DNA of 64,000 bases, from the NCBI RefSeq assembly GCF_963506605.1, contig NC_083288.1, positions 45,880,001-45,944,000 of the forward strand, written 5' to 3'. Positions within the stretch are counted from its first letter, which is position 1, and every line of letters starts with the position of its first letter. A program made the position numbers and the translations under genes. Positions 25,501 to 36,079 of this stretch are shown one piece after another. The DNA comes from Zootoca vivipara. Its lineage: Eukaryota. The notes beneath the pieces are model-generated. The model saw only the letters and a program-made list of their open reading frames with translations. It searched no databases and was not told where the DNA came from.

Positions 25501-26349
25501 GTCCCAGATTGTTTCCACCCCTTGTTCGCCTAATAGATTAATTTGAAAAAATTCTTTAACCAAATTCTTTATTTTGCCTACAAACTCATCATCACTTAAG
25601 ATGGTTTCGTCTAACCTCCATCTCCTTTTACTCCTATACTCTTCCTTTAAATTTAGCATTATTGGGTTATGGTCCGACAATGATTTCGTCATAATTTCAC
25701 ATTTGTCTAATTTAATCATTAACCTATTTGTGATCCAAATATTATCAATCCTTGCTGATGACCTTTGTACATTTGAATAAAATGTGTACTTTCTTTCCTC
25801 CGGATTTTCTAACCTCCAGCAATCTTGTAAATTATAGCTCTCTAATAATCTAAAGAAAATTTCCGGTAATTTGCCTTTATATTTCTTTCCTCCACTTGAC
25901 CTATCTAATTCCAGTTTTATTACTCCATTGAAATCTCCTGCTAGTATTACTTCTTCATCCTCAATACAATTTCCCATTAGCTTCCATAAATTTTTAAAGA
26001 ATTCAGTCTTTCCTCCATTTGGTACATACACATTTACCACCACAATTTCCCCTTCTGGTACATATAACTTAACCGCGATTGCTCTCCCCTCTTCGTCTTG
26101 AAAGAGTTTTTCTGCTCTAATCTTAGAGTCTACATATATAACTACTCCTCTCTTCTTTTTATTATTCAAGGAGACAAATTCATTTCCCAGTCTTTTGTTC
26201 GTCAACAATCTTTCATGTTTTTTTGATATATGTGTCTCCTGGAGACAAATTACCTTCCATTTACCTTTTTTCAAGATATGTTCAATTTTATTTCTTTTTA
26301 CTTTATTATTTAGGCCATTAATGTTCCAGGAGATTACCTTGAGGCTCAT
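22600..26349 (-). CDS. L1 ORF2p (APE endonuclease + reverse transcriptase + C-terminal domain)
   Basis: ISWNINGL, CLQETH, GDFN, SDHNP, NYRPISLLN, DAEKAFD, GTRQGCPLSPLLF, AFADD and CWKC...HCWWQC. Likely ATG at 26349. Confidence 0.95.
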   Translation of the reverse strand: MSLKVISWNINGLNNKVKRNKIEHILKKGKWKVICLQETHISKKHERLLTNKRLGNEFVSLNNKKKRGVVIYVDSKIRAEKLFQDEEGRAIAVKLYVPEGEIVVVNVYVPNGGKTEFFKNLWKLMGNCIEDEEVILAGDFNGVIKLELDRSSGGKKYKGKLPEIFFRLLESYNLQDCWRLENPEERKYTFYSNVQRSSARIDNIWITNRLMIKLDKCEIMTKSLSDHNPIMLNLKEEYRSKRRWRLDETILSDDEFVGKIKNLVKEFFQINLLGEQGVETIWDASKAFIRGIYIQQKSKIRRQREKNLNKIQKELEEKEKELVKKPKDAKVASEIKILQTELSILTGQEMEKKIKWAKQRNFEMGGKVGKLLAWQLKKKQNERIITNIKMDGKNWVKRENIHKCFMKYYGNLYKGDHINEKMIREYIRKHKLKKISEDEKERLNKPVSLQEVHEIIGNLKVGKSPGTDGLSSRHYTILKEEIGEIYVKVVNKIMEEGKMPQSWKEAFITLIPKGDKIDSVENYRPISLLNVDYKIFAAIMAKRLKEVLNRIIEKEQQGFLPKRRMNNNVRILINLIEYLDWNPGREAALIFLDAEKAFDNVNWEYMKEVIKEIGIEGNFLRSINSIYEKQKGILIINGELSQEIEISRGTRQGCPLSPLLFILTIESLLKEIKESEKIKGIKVGRSMYKTRAFADDVIIILEDPLETIGHLKRVLNDYGKVSGFKINMNKTKIITKNIREKGIKELREKSGWEIVNKVKYLGIEITAKNINLFENNYGKKWKEIERELERWGNLQMTFSARIAAIKMVILPKLSFLFQMLPIVEKKEIFEKWRKGLSKFIWGRKRPRIQYRLLTDTRERGGWGVPDLKLYHASAGLVWLKEWVELENKEILDIEGFNNTQGWHKYLLEEKKGGYKEFKNHVFKGSLLKIWYEYKNILEQKTPWWASPMEATALFRKLRQSKWPTYSDILEREGEQLRLKSYHELKQECMSWLHYGQIQSLFTKHLKIGFSENKSKFQEILLENGEKPMSKFYAYLLEWELKDELVKTTMIRWAQDLGRPIFSNKWERLWKEGMKFTACSGIKENILKMVYRWHLTPAKIAKIYKNDSNKCWKCKEKIGNYYHCWWQCGKIQEFWNGVYEKLKKMLKMTFPKNPEIFLLYMIPENIPEGKRNILSYASAAARLLIAKNWKGEKMPTIYEWQEKLVEFMNLDKMTTAIRNIPKQKCIKEWKQVEDYLRKENFNIHLVICLN

Positions 26350-26551
26350 TTCTTTATTAATATACTTTCTATCAACCACAGCAAAAATTTCAACTTTTAT
26401 TCAAAATTTTGATTCCCCGTTGAGACCCAAGAATTTTTACTATAAACAGGTGTGAGTAACTATGTGGTTATATAAGCAAAAAAGGTACTAAATCTAAAAT
26501 GAAAAAGGAAAGAAAAGGCAAAAGAAGATTATCTGCTAAGTCGCTATATTC

Positions 26552-27469
26552 TTACTCCTCTCCTTCCACCACCTGTCCCTCCTCTACACTGTTCTCCTCT
26601 CTTTCTCCTACTAACTCTCTCCAATTGTTCTTACTGAATCTTTCCGCTTCCTCTGGTGCTTTTATTGTTTTCTTTTTCCCTTTGAAGCTGAAGGTGAGTC
26701 CTTCTGGGTACTCCCAAACGTACCAAATATTTTTCTTCCTCAGAATATCAGTCAGGACTTTGTATCTTTGTCTCTTCAGTCGTATTCTTTTAGGCAGTTC
26801 TTTGTAAATGTCCACAATCTTTCCCTCTATTATTAGTTCATTCTGTTTTTTCGTTTGAAGGATCTTGTCCTTAAGGAGTATTGAATTTAGATACATCATG
26901 CAGTCTCCCACCGCTTTGCCATTCTTCTTCTTGTCGACTCTGATTCTATAAATTTTATCTATATCCAGCCACAAGGCGTCTTCTTCCACTTCCAGCCATC
27001 GGGCTATTTCTCTAACAATTCTCTCATCCACCCTTTCGTTAGCGATCTCCGGCACTCCCCTCAGGCGGAGGGTCAAGGCATTTTGTTTAAGTTCGAGCAT
27101 TGCCATCTGGTCCGCTATTTCTTCTTGCAGTTTCCTTAACTCAGCTCTCTCTTCCTCCTCCTTTTTTTGCATTCTTTGTATTTCTCTGTTTTCGTTTGCT
27201 ATTCTTTTTATAGATTCTTCTTGCTTATTCAATTTCACCGTCATTTCTTTTACTGTCTTGTCCAATTCTTTGTGTTTACTGCTCAGTTCTTTTATTTGGC
27301 CAGACATGGAGTCCAGTTTTTCACTCAACGATCTGTTCATTTCGGTGATGAGATCTTTAATTTCTGCTAATGGGTCGTTTTCTGATGTTAATGATAATCT
27401 CTTTGAGTTGCCTGCTGGATTTGCTGCCATTGCTGATGTTATTTTCCTTGTTGTCATATGGCCAGGCAT
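26552..27469 (-). CDS. L1 ORF1p (coiled coil + RRM/CTD)
   Basis: 305 aa, coiled-coil stretch followed by LRLRGVPE and YVWEYPEGLTF; lies upstream of ORF2. Confidence 0.9.
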   Translation of the reverse strand: MPGHMTTRKITSAMAANPAGNSKRLSLTSENDPLAEIKDLITEMNRSLSEKLDSMSGQIKELSSKHKELDKTVKEMTVKLNKQEESIKRIANENREIQRMQKKEEEERAELRKLQEEIADQMAMLELKQNALTLRLRGVPEIANERVDERIVREIARWLEVEEDALWLDIDKIYRIRVDKKKNGKAVGDCMMYLNSILLKDKILQTKKQNELIIEGKIVDIYKELPKRIRLKRQRYKVLTDILRKKNIWYVWEYPEGLTFSFKGKKKTIKAPEEAERFSKNNWRELVGEREENSVEEGQVVEGEE

Positions 27470-29063
27470 TTCTTACTCCTTCTGGTGTAGCTTTTCTCAA
27501 TATATTATTGCTTATTCGGTCTTTCCCTGAGGTTTCTATTTTGTTTTGGGAGTTCCCTTTCCAGGTTGATTACAGGTTCATCTGTTGGCTCCCCTTTATA
27601 TTATTTCAGCTTGTAATATCCCCTCAGTCCAGTAGGTGGCAGCCTTCTTCACCCCCAGTATCTATGACTCTTCTCTTTCTGCTTCTTGTTGATCACTCAG
27701 CTTCCGTAGTGAAGGAGGAAGTGTTGCAACGATGACTTTGCAAGTCTTAATCCTCCATTTTCTCCCTCTCATCCACTCCAAATATTGAGGTAGGGAACAT
27801 ATCTCAAACAGTCTTTAAACCTTATTTCGCGAATATAGTTGACGTATTTAGCGCTTCAAAAGTTGTTCCGCAGCTGCTCCCCTTTGCCTCCACTTAACGT
27901 GCCGGCTTGGGGGGTTTCTCACAGCTTCTCGCAGCGCAAATATAGTTCTTTAGAGGCGTTATGCTTCCCTTTATAATTGGCGCAGTCTTTGGATTTGTAA
28001 ATTAAGATATAATAATGAAAGGAACTATAAAAACAGGGCTTACTCTGCAAGTCTTTTCCGCGATGTATGCAGCAGCCCCGTGACCTCCTTCCCGGTTTGC
28101 GTCGCGTTTTCTCTCTTTGTTTCCTTTTTATCGCCAAACCGTTGTCCTTAAACTAAATTCTTTCTGGTCCGGGGATCTTGGGTGCTCTCTGGGCGGGTTT
28201 CGGGGCGCTCTGCCGTTCAGCTGCTTGGATTTAGCGCCAGCTTCTCTCCTCCGCTTTCACTCCCCTGACGTGGGGGGGGGAGTGTTAGCCCGGAGTTCTG
28301 CTTTTTCGGCGCTGCTTTTTCTTCTTTATCCAGCCAAACCCCGCGCTTGGCTGTTTTGGGGGGGTAGTTTTAGCGCCACTGGCCCCCACGCACTCGCTTT
28401 CACGGCCTGTAGGAGTTCTTTTTTCACAGAGCTCCTCTTTGCCGACCCGATCTCCAGGGCACCCTGACCGGAAGTCTGGAGAGCCCTTTCTCAGACATTG
28501 GTGCAATTAAAATATAAATATCATGTCCATATCAAATTATCAATCAACAGACAGATAGACACAAAGACATTCATTGTATTAATGCAGAGCACCATTAAGA
28601 AGAAGAAAAAAAGAAATCAATAATAGCCATTGCCATGGATCAATATCTCTATGCCCCTTCCCCTAAAGCTCTGAAATCCTCTGCCAGATGTGTCATAAAT
28701 GGGGTGAGGACACTGCCAGTCTCAACAGCACAACAGTTAAAAGTGATAAGAGGAGGGGTAGTGCTGGATTTAATAATAGTGCTTAGGAGTTATGTGAGTT
28801 GTGCAGTGTTTTCTCTCAGGGGGTACTCAAGGGTACTCAGCACCTGCTTCTTCTTTCCTCCCCAAATGTTAAAAGTGTGGCATTTACAGTAGCAACTTCA
28901 TAGAGATTACTGGGGTACACACAAACACCCAAAAAAGAAAAGCACTGGTGTTGTGGAACTACTTGTATAAAATAGTTGTACACTTATCGAGTTCAACATA
29001 TAAAAGAGCATAATTTTCCATTCAAATTACATGATCACATGATATTTAAGATCAAAGGGAACA

Positions 29064-29105
<42 letters not shown>

Positions 29106-29549
29106 GGTTAAGTGAATGGAGGGTGAAAAGGAGGTCCAATGCACCTTCAGAAACGGTTGGAATCTCTTATCAAAACACAGTGACTTTGTTAATGCTATGT
29201 CCTCTGATCAGTTGGCTAAGCTCTAGCCCCCATCATAACTGATTGCCTTTTGGCCTCTCTGGCTCCCTTAAGGAACTGTTCTTAAAATTAAGAATAAATA
29301 GATCATTAGTATTAGACAAAATTATTCCTCTAATGCAGTAGGAACCCATCTTGGCATTTTGAAAAGCTTTGCGGTTCTTAAACTCTTAGTTGCTGACAAT
29401 GTATACATACGTAGCTTCATTTGTCTGCCCATGGTTAGTCTGCTCACAGTTTCTGTATTATTTTACACCACTGTCCTTGTAGCTGATCTGTACCTGAAAT
29501 ACTTGCCCATCATGGAAAGCAGTACATTGGAGAAAAGAGGAGAATTTTT

Positions 29550-30451
29550 TTAATTCTTTCTCTTCATTATCTGATCTCTGCTGTTCAGTTCAGGCCTCAG
29601 CACAATGATGTAGCACTTAGGGAAAAAGATACAACCCAGTAACCCAGCAGTGGAGGCCAAGATGGAGAAGATCTCCACAGCCACCATGCCTTTCCCTCTT
29701 GTGCTCAAGTAAGTCGGAATAAAGGACAACCAAACACTGCAAAACGGCAGCATGCTGAATGTAATGAACTTTGCTTCATTAAAACTGTCAGGTAGCTTGC
29801 GTGCAAGGAATGCCACAATGAAGCTGGTGATGGCCAGGAGACCCATGTAGCCCAGGACACAATAAAACATGGTGACGGACCCTTCATTACATTGTACAAT
29901 GATTTCTTCATTTACTGAATGCATGTCTAAATCAGGGAATGGGGGAAAGGTTGAGAGCCACATGGTGCAAAAACCCATTTGAACAAGTGAACAGCAAACA
30001 GCAATTGAATATGACACTTTCTTCCCCATCCATTTCTTCACTCTTGATCCTGGTTTTGTGGCCATGAATGCTAGAGAAACAATGGTGGTTTTGGCCAACA
30101 CACAAGAAACAGCCACTGAGAAGATGATGCTGAAAGCTGGTTGTCGGAGAAGGCAGGCCAGTTTCCCAGGTTGGCCAAGGAATAACAAAGAGGAGAGGAA
30201 GCAGAGCAAGAGGGAGACGAGGAGAATGTAGGTGAGATCCCGGTTGTTGGCTTTGACTATGGGGGTATCTTTATGTTTAACGAAAGAAGCAAACACCAAT
30301 ATTGTGATGAAAGAAAAAGAAGCTGCAGCTGAAACTAAACCTTTGCCTAAAGGTTCTTCATAAGACAGAAAATGTATAAGTTTGGGGTTGCATTGATTTC
30401 TATTCTTGCTTGGATACCGATCTTCTGGGCATTTGAAACAGTCTCCCATAT
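29550..30451 (-). CDS. Vmn2r: V2R-C exon 6 (7TM)
   Basis: ORF 29550-30449. Confidence 0.92.
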
Positions 30452-33400
30452 CTGAAATTTAGGTTGGGGAAATTTGAACTCAGTGACAATTCATTGAATA
30501 CGGCAAATTATTTTCAGCCTGTATTACGGAAAAATGACATTACCTACCCGTTTGGTTTGAAATCTTCCCCTCTGGACATGGAACACAATCATAGCAGCAA
30601 AATTTTTCACTCTCCTTCCTTTTCCTCTGATGACCAGGGTGGCAATATTCATTGCACACAGAAAGCGGTACCACCTGTTCATATACATATTGTTTGTTTT
30701 TAGATTACTGATATTCAAAAAATACACTTATTACTTGCTGTTGTTTCCCCAAACCCCATATCACAACGATGGAGACAGCCGTGAAGCATGTTCAGACCAA
30801 ATGAAATCGATCACATTTAATAAACATAGGTGCACAGTGTTTTTGTCAGTGTGGGTTTTGTTGCCCCCCCCCAATTGTTTTATGTGATATTCAAACTATC
30901 ATTGCAGAACATACAAAGGACTTGAGTAGGCAATTATTTCACACACAAAAATCACTCTCACAATTATTTCTGGTTCTATTTTATTCCATCCTGGCATGAC
31001 ACTCAGGGCAGTTACATAGAACACAGGTGGGTACAAGATAAGGATTTGGGGGCAGTTCTGCAGAGGACTTGTTCTGAAATGAGATGAGCACCACATCCCA
31101 TAATTTTTTTGATGGGACTTAGCTGTCTAGGTGTCTTTCACCTTACTTTACCTAGAGCAAAAAGTTGATTAAATCTCAATGTTCATTAAATATGTTTGGA
31201 AAAGGTAAAATAATATTAAAAACAGGAATAGTAGTATATGGAATTTAAATGCATGTAATTGTTTCTGAATGTGAAAGGAATACAGTCATACCTCATGTTA
31301 CGTCTGCTGTGGGTTATGTCCTTTCGGGTTGCGCTCTGTGCCGAACCCGGATACTCTGGAACGGGTTACTTCCGGGTTCGGCACGTGCACATGTGCAGAA
31401 GCGCTAAATTGCGCTGTGTACATGCGCAGAAGTGCTAAATCAGGCTTTGCACATGCACAGAAGCACCAAAACACAACCCACATGTGCGCAGAAGCACAGA
31501 CGCAGGTTGTGAATGCTGTGGGTTGCAAACGTGCATCCTGCACGGATCATGTTCACCACCCGAGCGTCCACTGTAATTGAAATCATTCAACAGCTTTATA
31601 ATCTTAGTTCATAGTTGAACCATAGTTGCCAAGTTTTCCCTTTTCTCGCGAGGAAGCCTATTCAGCATAAGGGAAAATCCCTTAAAAAAAGGGATAACTT
31701 GGCAGCTATGAGTTGAACACAATGGCTTTACTAAGACAGAACGAGAATCAATACCTCATTAAAATACCTATGCCACACAATGTTATCCTCACTAATGGTG
31801 AAAATTTTCCTATCAGCAGCATAGGGATCAACACTTCCAACTTTAATTCTCTGAAAGGAATTGTTGGGGAAGGTGACCAGGTTCATGATGTCAAATCCAC
31901 CACTCATTTCCCATTGATCATTAAAGGACATAGTTTCTCCAGCTGAGTTGTTAAAGGAGATGCCTTGAAGAAACTGGTGGAGCTATTTCAAAAAAAAAAA
32001 AAAAGGAATGAAATCAATCACAAAAAACAGCATGCTGAAGATTTCAGAATGCTATTCATTGCAAGTTTCAGAAATAGAAAGGAAATGTAAACCCAGGTTT
32101 TAAAAGAAAAACGGTGTAAAATCTGGGTGATTGAAATCAGCAGAGTTTGTTGAGAAGAAATTACCTGCCAAGGCTGCAAAAATTGAAGTTGGATATTGCT
32201 ACCAACTTTCTTTGATCTGCGTTTGGATTTAGAGAAGTCAATTGCATGCAAAGCATGACCCAAAGCATAAACTGCATTATAGATACTGTAGCTGTGACCT
32301 GTCATGTGCATTTCAAAAAGACCTGCAGGGAGACTCTCCAGCCTCTCCTCTCCAGTACAAGCGTCATCGTCCATCGCAGGCATACCTGGATCTGGAAATA
32401 AACAATCATATGCTTGCTCCCAGAAATTTTTGAGAAAACCATCTCTTTCAGTCCTGGTAGGGTTTATATTCTGAAGGAATTCCCTGAAACCTGGAACCTC
32501 TTTTGTGTGAATAGCAAATAAAATGGCACCCTGGAACATCTGGAAATCCCATCCTCTTGCAGCACCTGTTAATATAAAATCTGTCTGTGTTGTCACAATC
32601 CACACCTTTCCAAATAATGGGTTTTCTGTATTTCCTGATTCTGGTGAACGCACAAAAGTTTTCAGCCGCAAGATTGTTAAAGATTCTCCATACATGATCA
32701 TCGCACTGGCTTTATGATCTTCCCGAGATAAATCAATTGGACTTGAACTATAGAAATGATTAATGAATTCCTCCATACGAACTTCTTGTGGGATTCTTTT
32801 TGTGAACGCTGAACAGATTCCATGCCTAGAAAACAATGGCTCCAGTATTTTTAGGAATTGCTCTCCACTGTTATCATCCACAACAACAAGCCCCACCCAT
32901 GTCCACCTAAAATGCTGAAGAAACCATATAATCCCCATATACTGAAGGTTTTCGTTTGGGACCATGCGGTAAAAGGGAGGAACTTCCATTGTTTTGGTCT
33001 CATCTATGGCAAATGAGCCATATGTAAGCTGTAAGAAAACATAAAGATACTGCAGAGATATGTTCAGAGTAGTCTACTTTTTTCAGGAGGCTTCTGCATA
33101 ATAAAATATATTTTTCCCAAAATAATTTTTGAAGTTGGTGAGAGATAGGGTCTTTTTCTGGCTGAATTTTCTTAAGTTATTGAGATCTTATCTTATTTGC
33201 AAATACAGTCAAATTCTAAGTCACTAATTTTTTTATTCTGAAAGATAACAGAAAAATATAATATTACCATCTGCACCCATGCACTTATCCTACCTGTGGT
33301 ATCTTGTGCAGACCTAAGATGTTCATCAGGTGGAAAGAAGTGTCAGAGCCCAGTCCTCCAATGATGGCTAGGAGGTTTTTCTGCGTGCCACACTTGTAGT

Positions 33401-34387
33401 TGGGGAGAAATGTATGTGACTTGAAAATCAAATCCAGGGTGGTGCGATAGGTCATCCTTGCATCATAATAGGTGTCAGAGATGTGGAAACCAAGTGTCAC
33501 ATTAGGTAGTAATTTTGGATCCTTGTTGATTTCATTTACAGCAAAGACCAAAGCCAGAACATGCTGGTAAAACTTGGTAACGACTCTGCCAATAGTATTA
33601 CTCTCATTAATTCAGAAGATGAGTCTGTCATGCATGAATTCATTATGCTACAAACCTCGTAGTTCCTGTTCGTAACTGAGTTGAGTTCACTTACAGCAAA
33701 AGCCAGAATAAATACATGCTGCCAGAACTTGGTCACCACCCCAACAGTAGACACCCCCCACCAATTCTGATGATGTATTTACAATGCATGAAGCTGTTAT
33801 GCTATAACCCCACTGATCTATATGAGCAATTGAAACTCTTTCTAATTCAATATCTTTTCCATTTGTTTACGATTCCCTACAGCTAAGTATCACCATTCTC
33901 GCCAGCCAAACCTTTATTTATACTTTGTTACAGGAAACAATTTGATTTGTCATCTGTAATGCATAGCCGCTTTGTGATCTCTTGAGCAAAATATATCAAT
34001 ATATTTAATCTCTCTTTCCAATGCACAAGAAATACTCATAGAGATGACTTCTATGAATGTTTTATTACTCATCATGCATAAATCTTTAGAGCATTGGATA
34101 CTACTCCATATTTATTTTATATTTACAAAATTCCTGCAATATTAAAGATTCAAGGGGGGGGGGGATCCTTACTGTGGAATGTCGAAGAGGTTCTGAGCAG
34201 GATGTTCCTTGAACAAAACTTCATGGAAAAAGTAAATGATCTGAGAAGTAATCTCACCGATGAGGAAACTGCCTGGCTGGTACCATTCATGTGGTATAGG
34301 CAAGGGATCACCTGTGAGACATTTCATGGGACCTACTTTGGACACAATGGAAGGCAGAAGAAGCAGTAGCAATGTTTTTCCTAACAT
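29550..34387 (-). CDS. Vmn2r: V2R-C, intact vomeronasal type-2 receptor, ~875 aa
   Basis: Exons 34173-34387, 33294-33585, 32165-33028, 31755-31982, 30548-30674 and 29550-30451; all GT-AG; 2628 nt; open. Confidence 0.92.
30548..30674 (-). CDS. Vmn2r: V2R-C exon 5
   Basis: [14 protein letters not shown]...[17 protein letters not shown], 127 nt. Confidence 0.9.
31283..31573. mobile_element. Tc1/mariner (Tigger-like) MITE
   Basis: CAGT...ACTG termini flanked by TA on both sides; internal tgcgcatg-like repeats. Confidence 0.65.
31621..31710. mobile_element. 90-bp hAT MITE
   Basis: 15-bp TIRs catagttgccaagtt / aacttggcagctatg (1 mismatch) and perfect 8-bp TSD agttgaac. Confidence 0.88.
31755..31982 (-). 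CDS. Vmn2r: V2R-C exon 4
   Basis: 228 nt, GT donor. Confidence 0.9.
32165..33028 (-). CDS. Vmn2r: V2R-C exon 3
   Basis: 864 nt, open. Confidence 0.9.
33294..33585 (-). CDS. Vmn2r: V2R-C exon 2
   Basis: 292 nt, [22 protein letters not shown]. Confidence 0.9.
33680..33742 (-). pseudogene. Ghost partial copy of V2R exon 2 within intron 1 of V2R-C
   Basis: Reads [20 protein letters not shown]; the AG acceptor is absent. Confidence 0.65.
34173..34387 (-). CDS. Vmn2r: V2R-C exon 1
   Basis: ATG at 34387 ([12 protein letters not shown]), 215 nt. Confidence 0.88.
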
Positions 34388-34487
34388 GCTTTCCTCAAAT
34401 CTTACTTCTAAATATGAGCTGCCTTGCACCTATTTCATTATATCGAGCTTATAAAAAGCAAAGGGATAAAAGTGTCAAAGATGGCCC

Positions 34488-34705
34488 TGCCTGCCTCTTG
34501 CACTTAATCCCAGCTTCCCATGGCACAGGTATTCATTCATTTATAACCACATAGAGGCTTGCTTACAGATTGTTTCCTCCTGCCTTTTTGAAAGTCTCTG
34601 AAGCTTTGACTGCATGAGCAAATGGATAATTGGATAATTGCAGGGGGACAGTAACTGCTTTCTCAGTGTGTTTTGATACTGAGTGACCCTTCTGGTAGGA
34701 AAAGC
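34488..34705 (-). promoter_or_regulatory. Putative V2R-C promoter (TATAAAT 34539-34545; TTGGATAATTGCAG 34630-34643)
   Basis: Conserved motif set; the TGGATAATTG core is tandemly doubled here. Confidence 0.55.
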
Positions 34706-35469
34706 ATTGTTTATTTCTTCCATTTGTGATCAGAAGTCTTCTCTGCTTGCTGAACAGATGGGATATGGGACCTTGGTTCCAGATTTCCATGAGGAGCAGT
34801 CTCCAACAGGACAGTGAGGCGTTACGACCATTCTCTGTGGCACTTGAACTGTGGCATTCCCTCTGCACAGTAGTATGCCTGGCATCTTCGCCCAGCAGCT
34901 TCTGGTGAATGCTGGAGATGCCCCAACATACTGTTGCTAGAGAGAAGCACAACAAATGGGAAACAAACTGGGAAATGAAACAAGGGTTATGTCAGGAAAG
35001 TTCCCTTGTTCTTCTCTGTAGGCAAGTAGGAGGGACAACCGAGTACACCATTTTTTTTCTGTTGCTGCTTATGACATCAGGGGCGTAGGAAGATAGGGGC
35101 ATCTCCAGCATTCACCAGAAGAGAGTGATGCAATCCTAGGGACGCCATCGCCGCTGCCCGCCCCGCCCCCAAATGTGTGCACTGCCCCTGCGCACGGCGC
35201 GCCCCGCCCCCAAATGCACACCACGTCATTGTGCACGCCCCCAAAACGCGCATCACACCCCGCCCCAAAATGTGCGCCATGTCACTGGGGGCAACGCGCC
35301 TGCTCTCCGCCCCTGGTGGCGGAGCATGAAGCTCCACCGCTGTATGGCATGATTTCCTATCCCCGCCCCCCAGTTTCTAATTCTTATTTTCCCTGCTAGC
35401 CTGTTTCTGTTTATCTCACATCATCTTATCTTAAAAGTGATTGCTTCTTTTGGACTTGGAAGTTTGCTC

Positions 35470-35625
35470 AAGGGTTCAAATCCAAACTCATCCATGAAGT
35501 TCACTGGGTGACCTTGAGCCAGTCATTCTCCTTTAGCCTAACCATAGATGTCTGGGAGGATAAAATGAGGAGGAGAATGTGTAACCCACCTTGAGTTCCT
35601 TGGAGAAAATGTGGGGTTAAATGCA
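35470..35625 (+). mobile_element. Old CORE/MIR-like SINE fragment
   Basis: ggttcaaatcc B-box and gggtgaccttgagccagtca. Confidence 0.55.
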
Positions 35626-35651
35626 ATCAATCAGTCAATCAAGCAATCAAG

Positions 35652-35991
35652 CAGTGCTTTTTCCCCCTCGGGGTACGTAGGGGTATGCATACCCCTAAAA
35701 ATTTTGTGTATCTAATGGGAAAAGAAACTAAATTTGTTTAACATTTTTTGTTTCGTCTCTAGCACAGTGATTCGTCAGTTCCGTTGCTGCCCCGGATGGC
35801 GGCCTCATTTCCTGTCACGGTGTTTCCTGAGTCTCGGACAGAAGTGAGTGTTTAATGTGTGAAGTAGGATTTGGAATCTAGCACAGTGATTGGTCAGTTT
35901 TGTTGTATTTGTATTTTTTTCCCTGATTTGAAGTATAAAATGGTGATTTTCTTAAGTCAAAATGAGAGTACATTTTTTTAAAAAAGCACTG
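35652..35991. mobile_element. Non-autonomous hAT element with CAGTGCTTTTT TIRs
   Basis: cagtgcttttt...aaaaagcactg with an 8-bp TSD caatcaag / caatcaac. Confidence 0.75.
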
Positions 35992-36079
35992 CAATCAACA
36001 TTGACTCTGCTTAAGCAGGGATTTTTCTTCTATAAACTCAACATGCATTTTGCAAGCTATGGCTGGAACACCAGTCATA

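Larger units (their letters stand above)
21972..28473 (-). mobile_element. Full-length L1-clade LINE with intact ORF1 and ORF2
   Basis: TSD gtctggagagccctttct at 21954-21971 and 28474-28491, poly(A) at ~21972-21992, and a CpG-rich 5'UTR starting (GAC)TTCCGG. Confidence 0.95.
19687..28497 (-). mobile_element. Solo LTR (~530 bp reconstructed) interrupted by three later insertions
   Basis: TG...CA termini (tgtcatga / tcagaca), 5-bp TSD ttggt at 19682-19686 and 28498-28502, and a minus-strand AATAAA at 19754-19759. Empty site agttggtgcaat in the paralogous unit at ~10062-10073. Confidence 0.75.

Noticed and set aside
34388-34429. Longer N-terminus for V2R-C
   Set aside because: It starts at GTG; the ATG at 34387 gives the 215-nt exon seen in A and B.
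35077-35342. CpG-rich patch as a promoter island or gene
   Set aside because: Short, with CAG...CTG-like ends suggesting a non-autonomous DNA element. No convincing TSD or coding signal, so it was not called.
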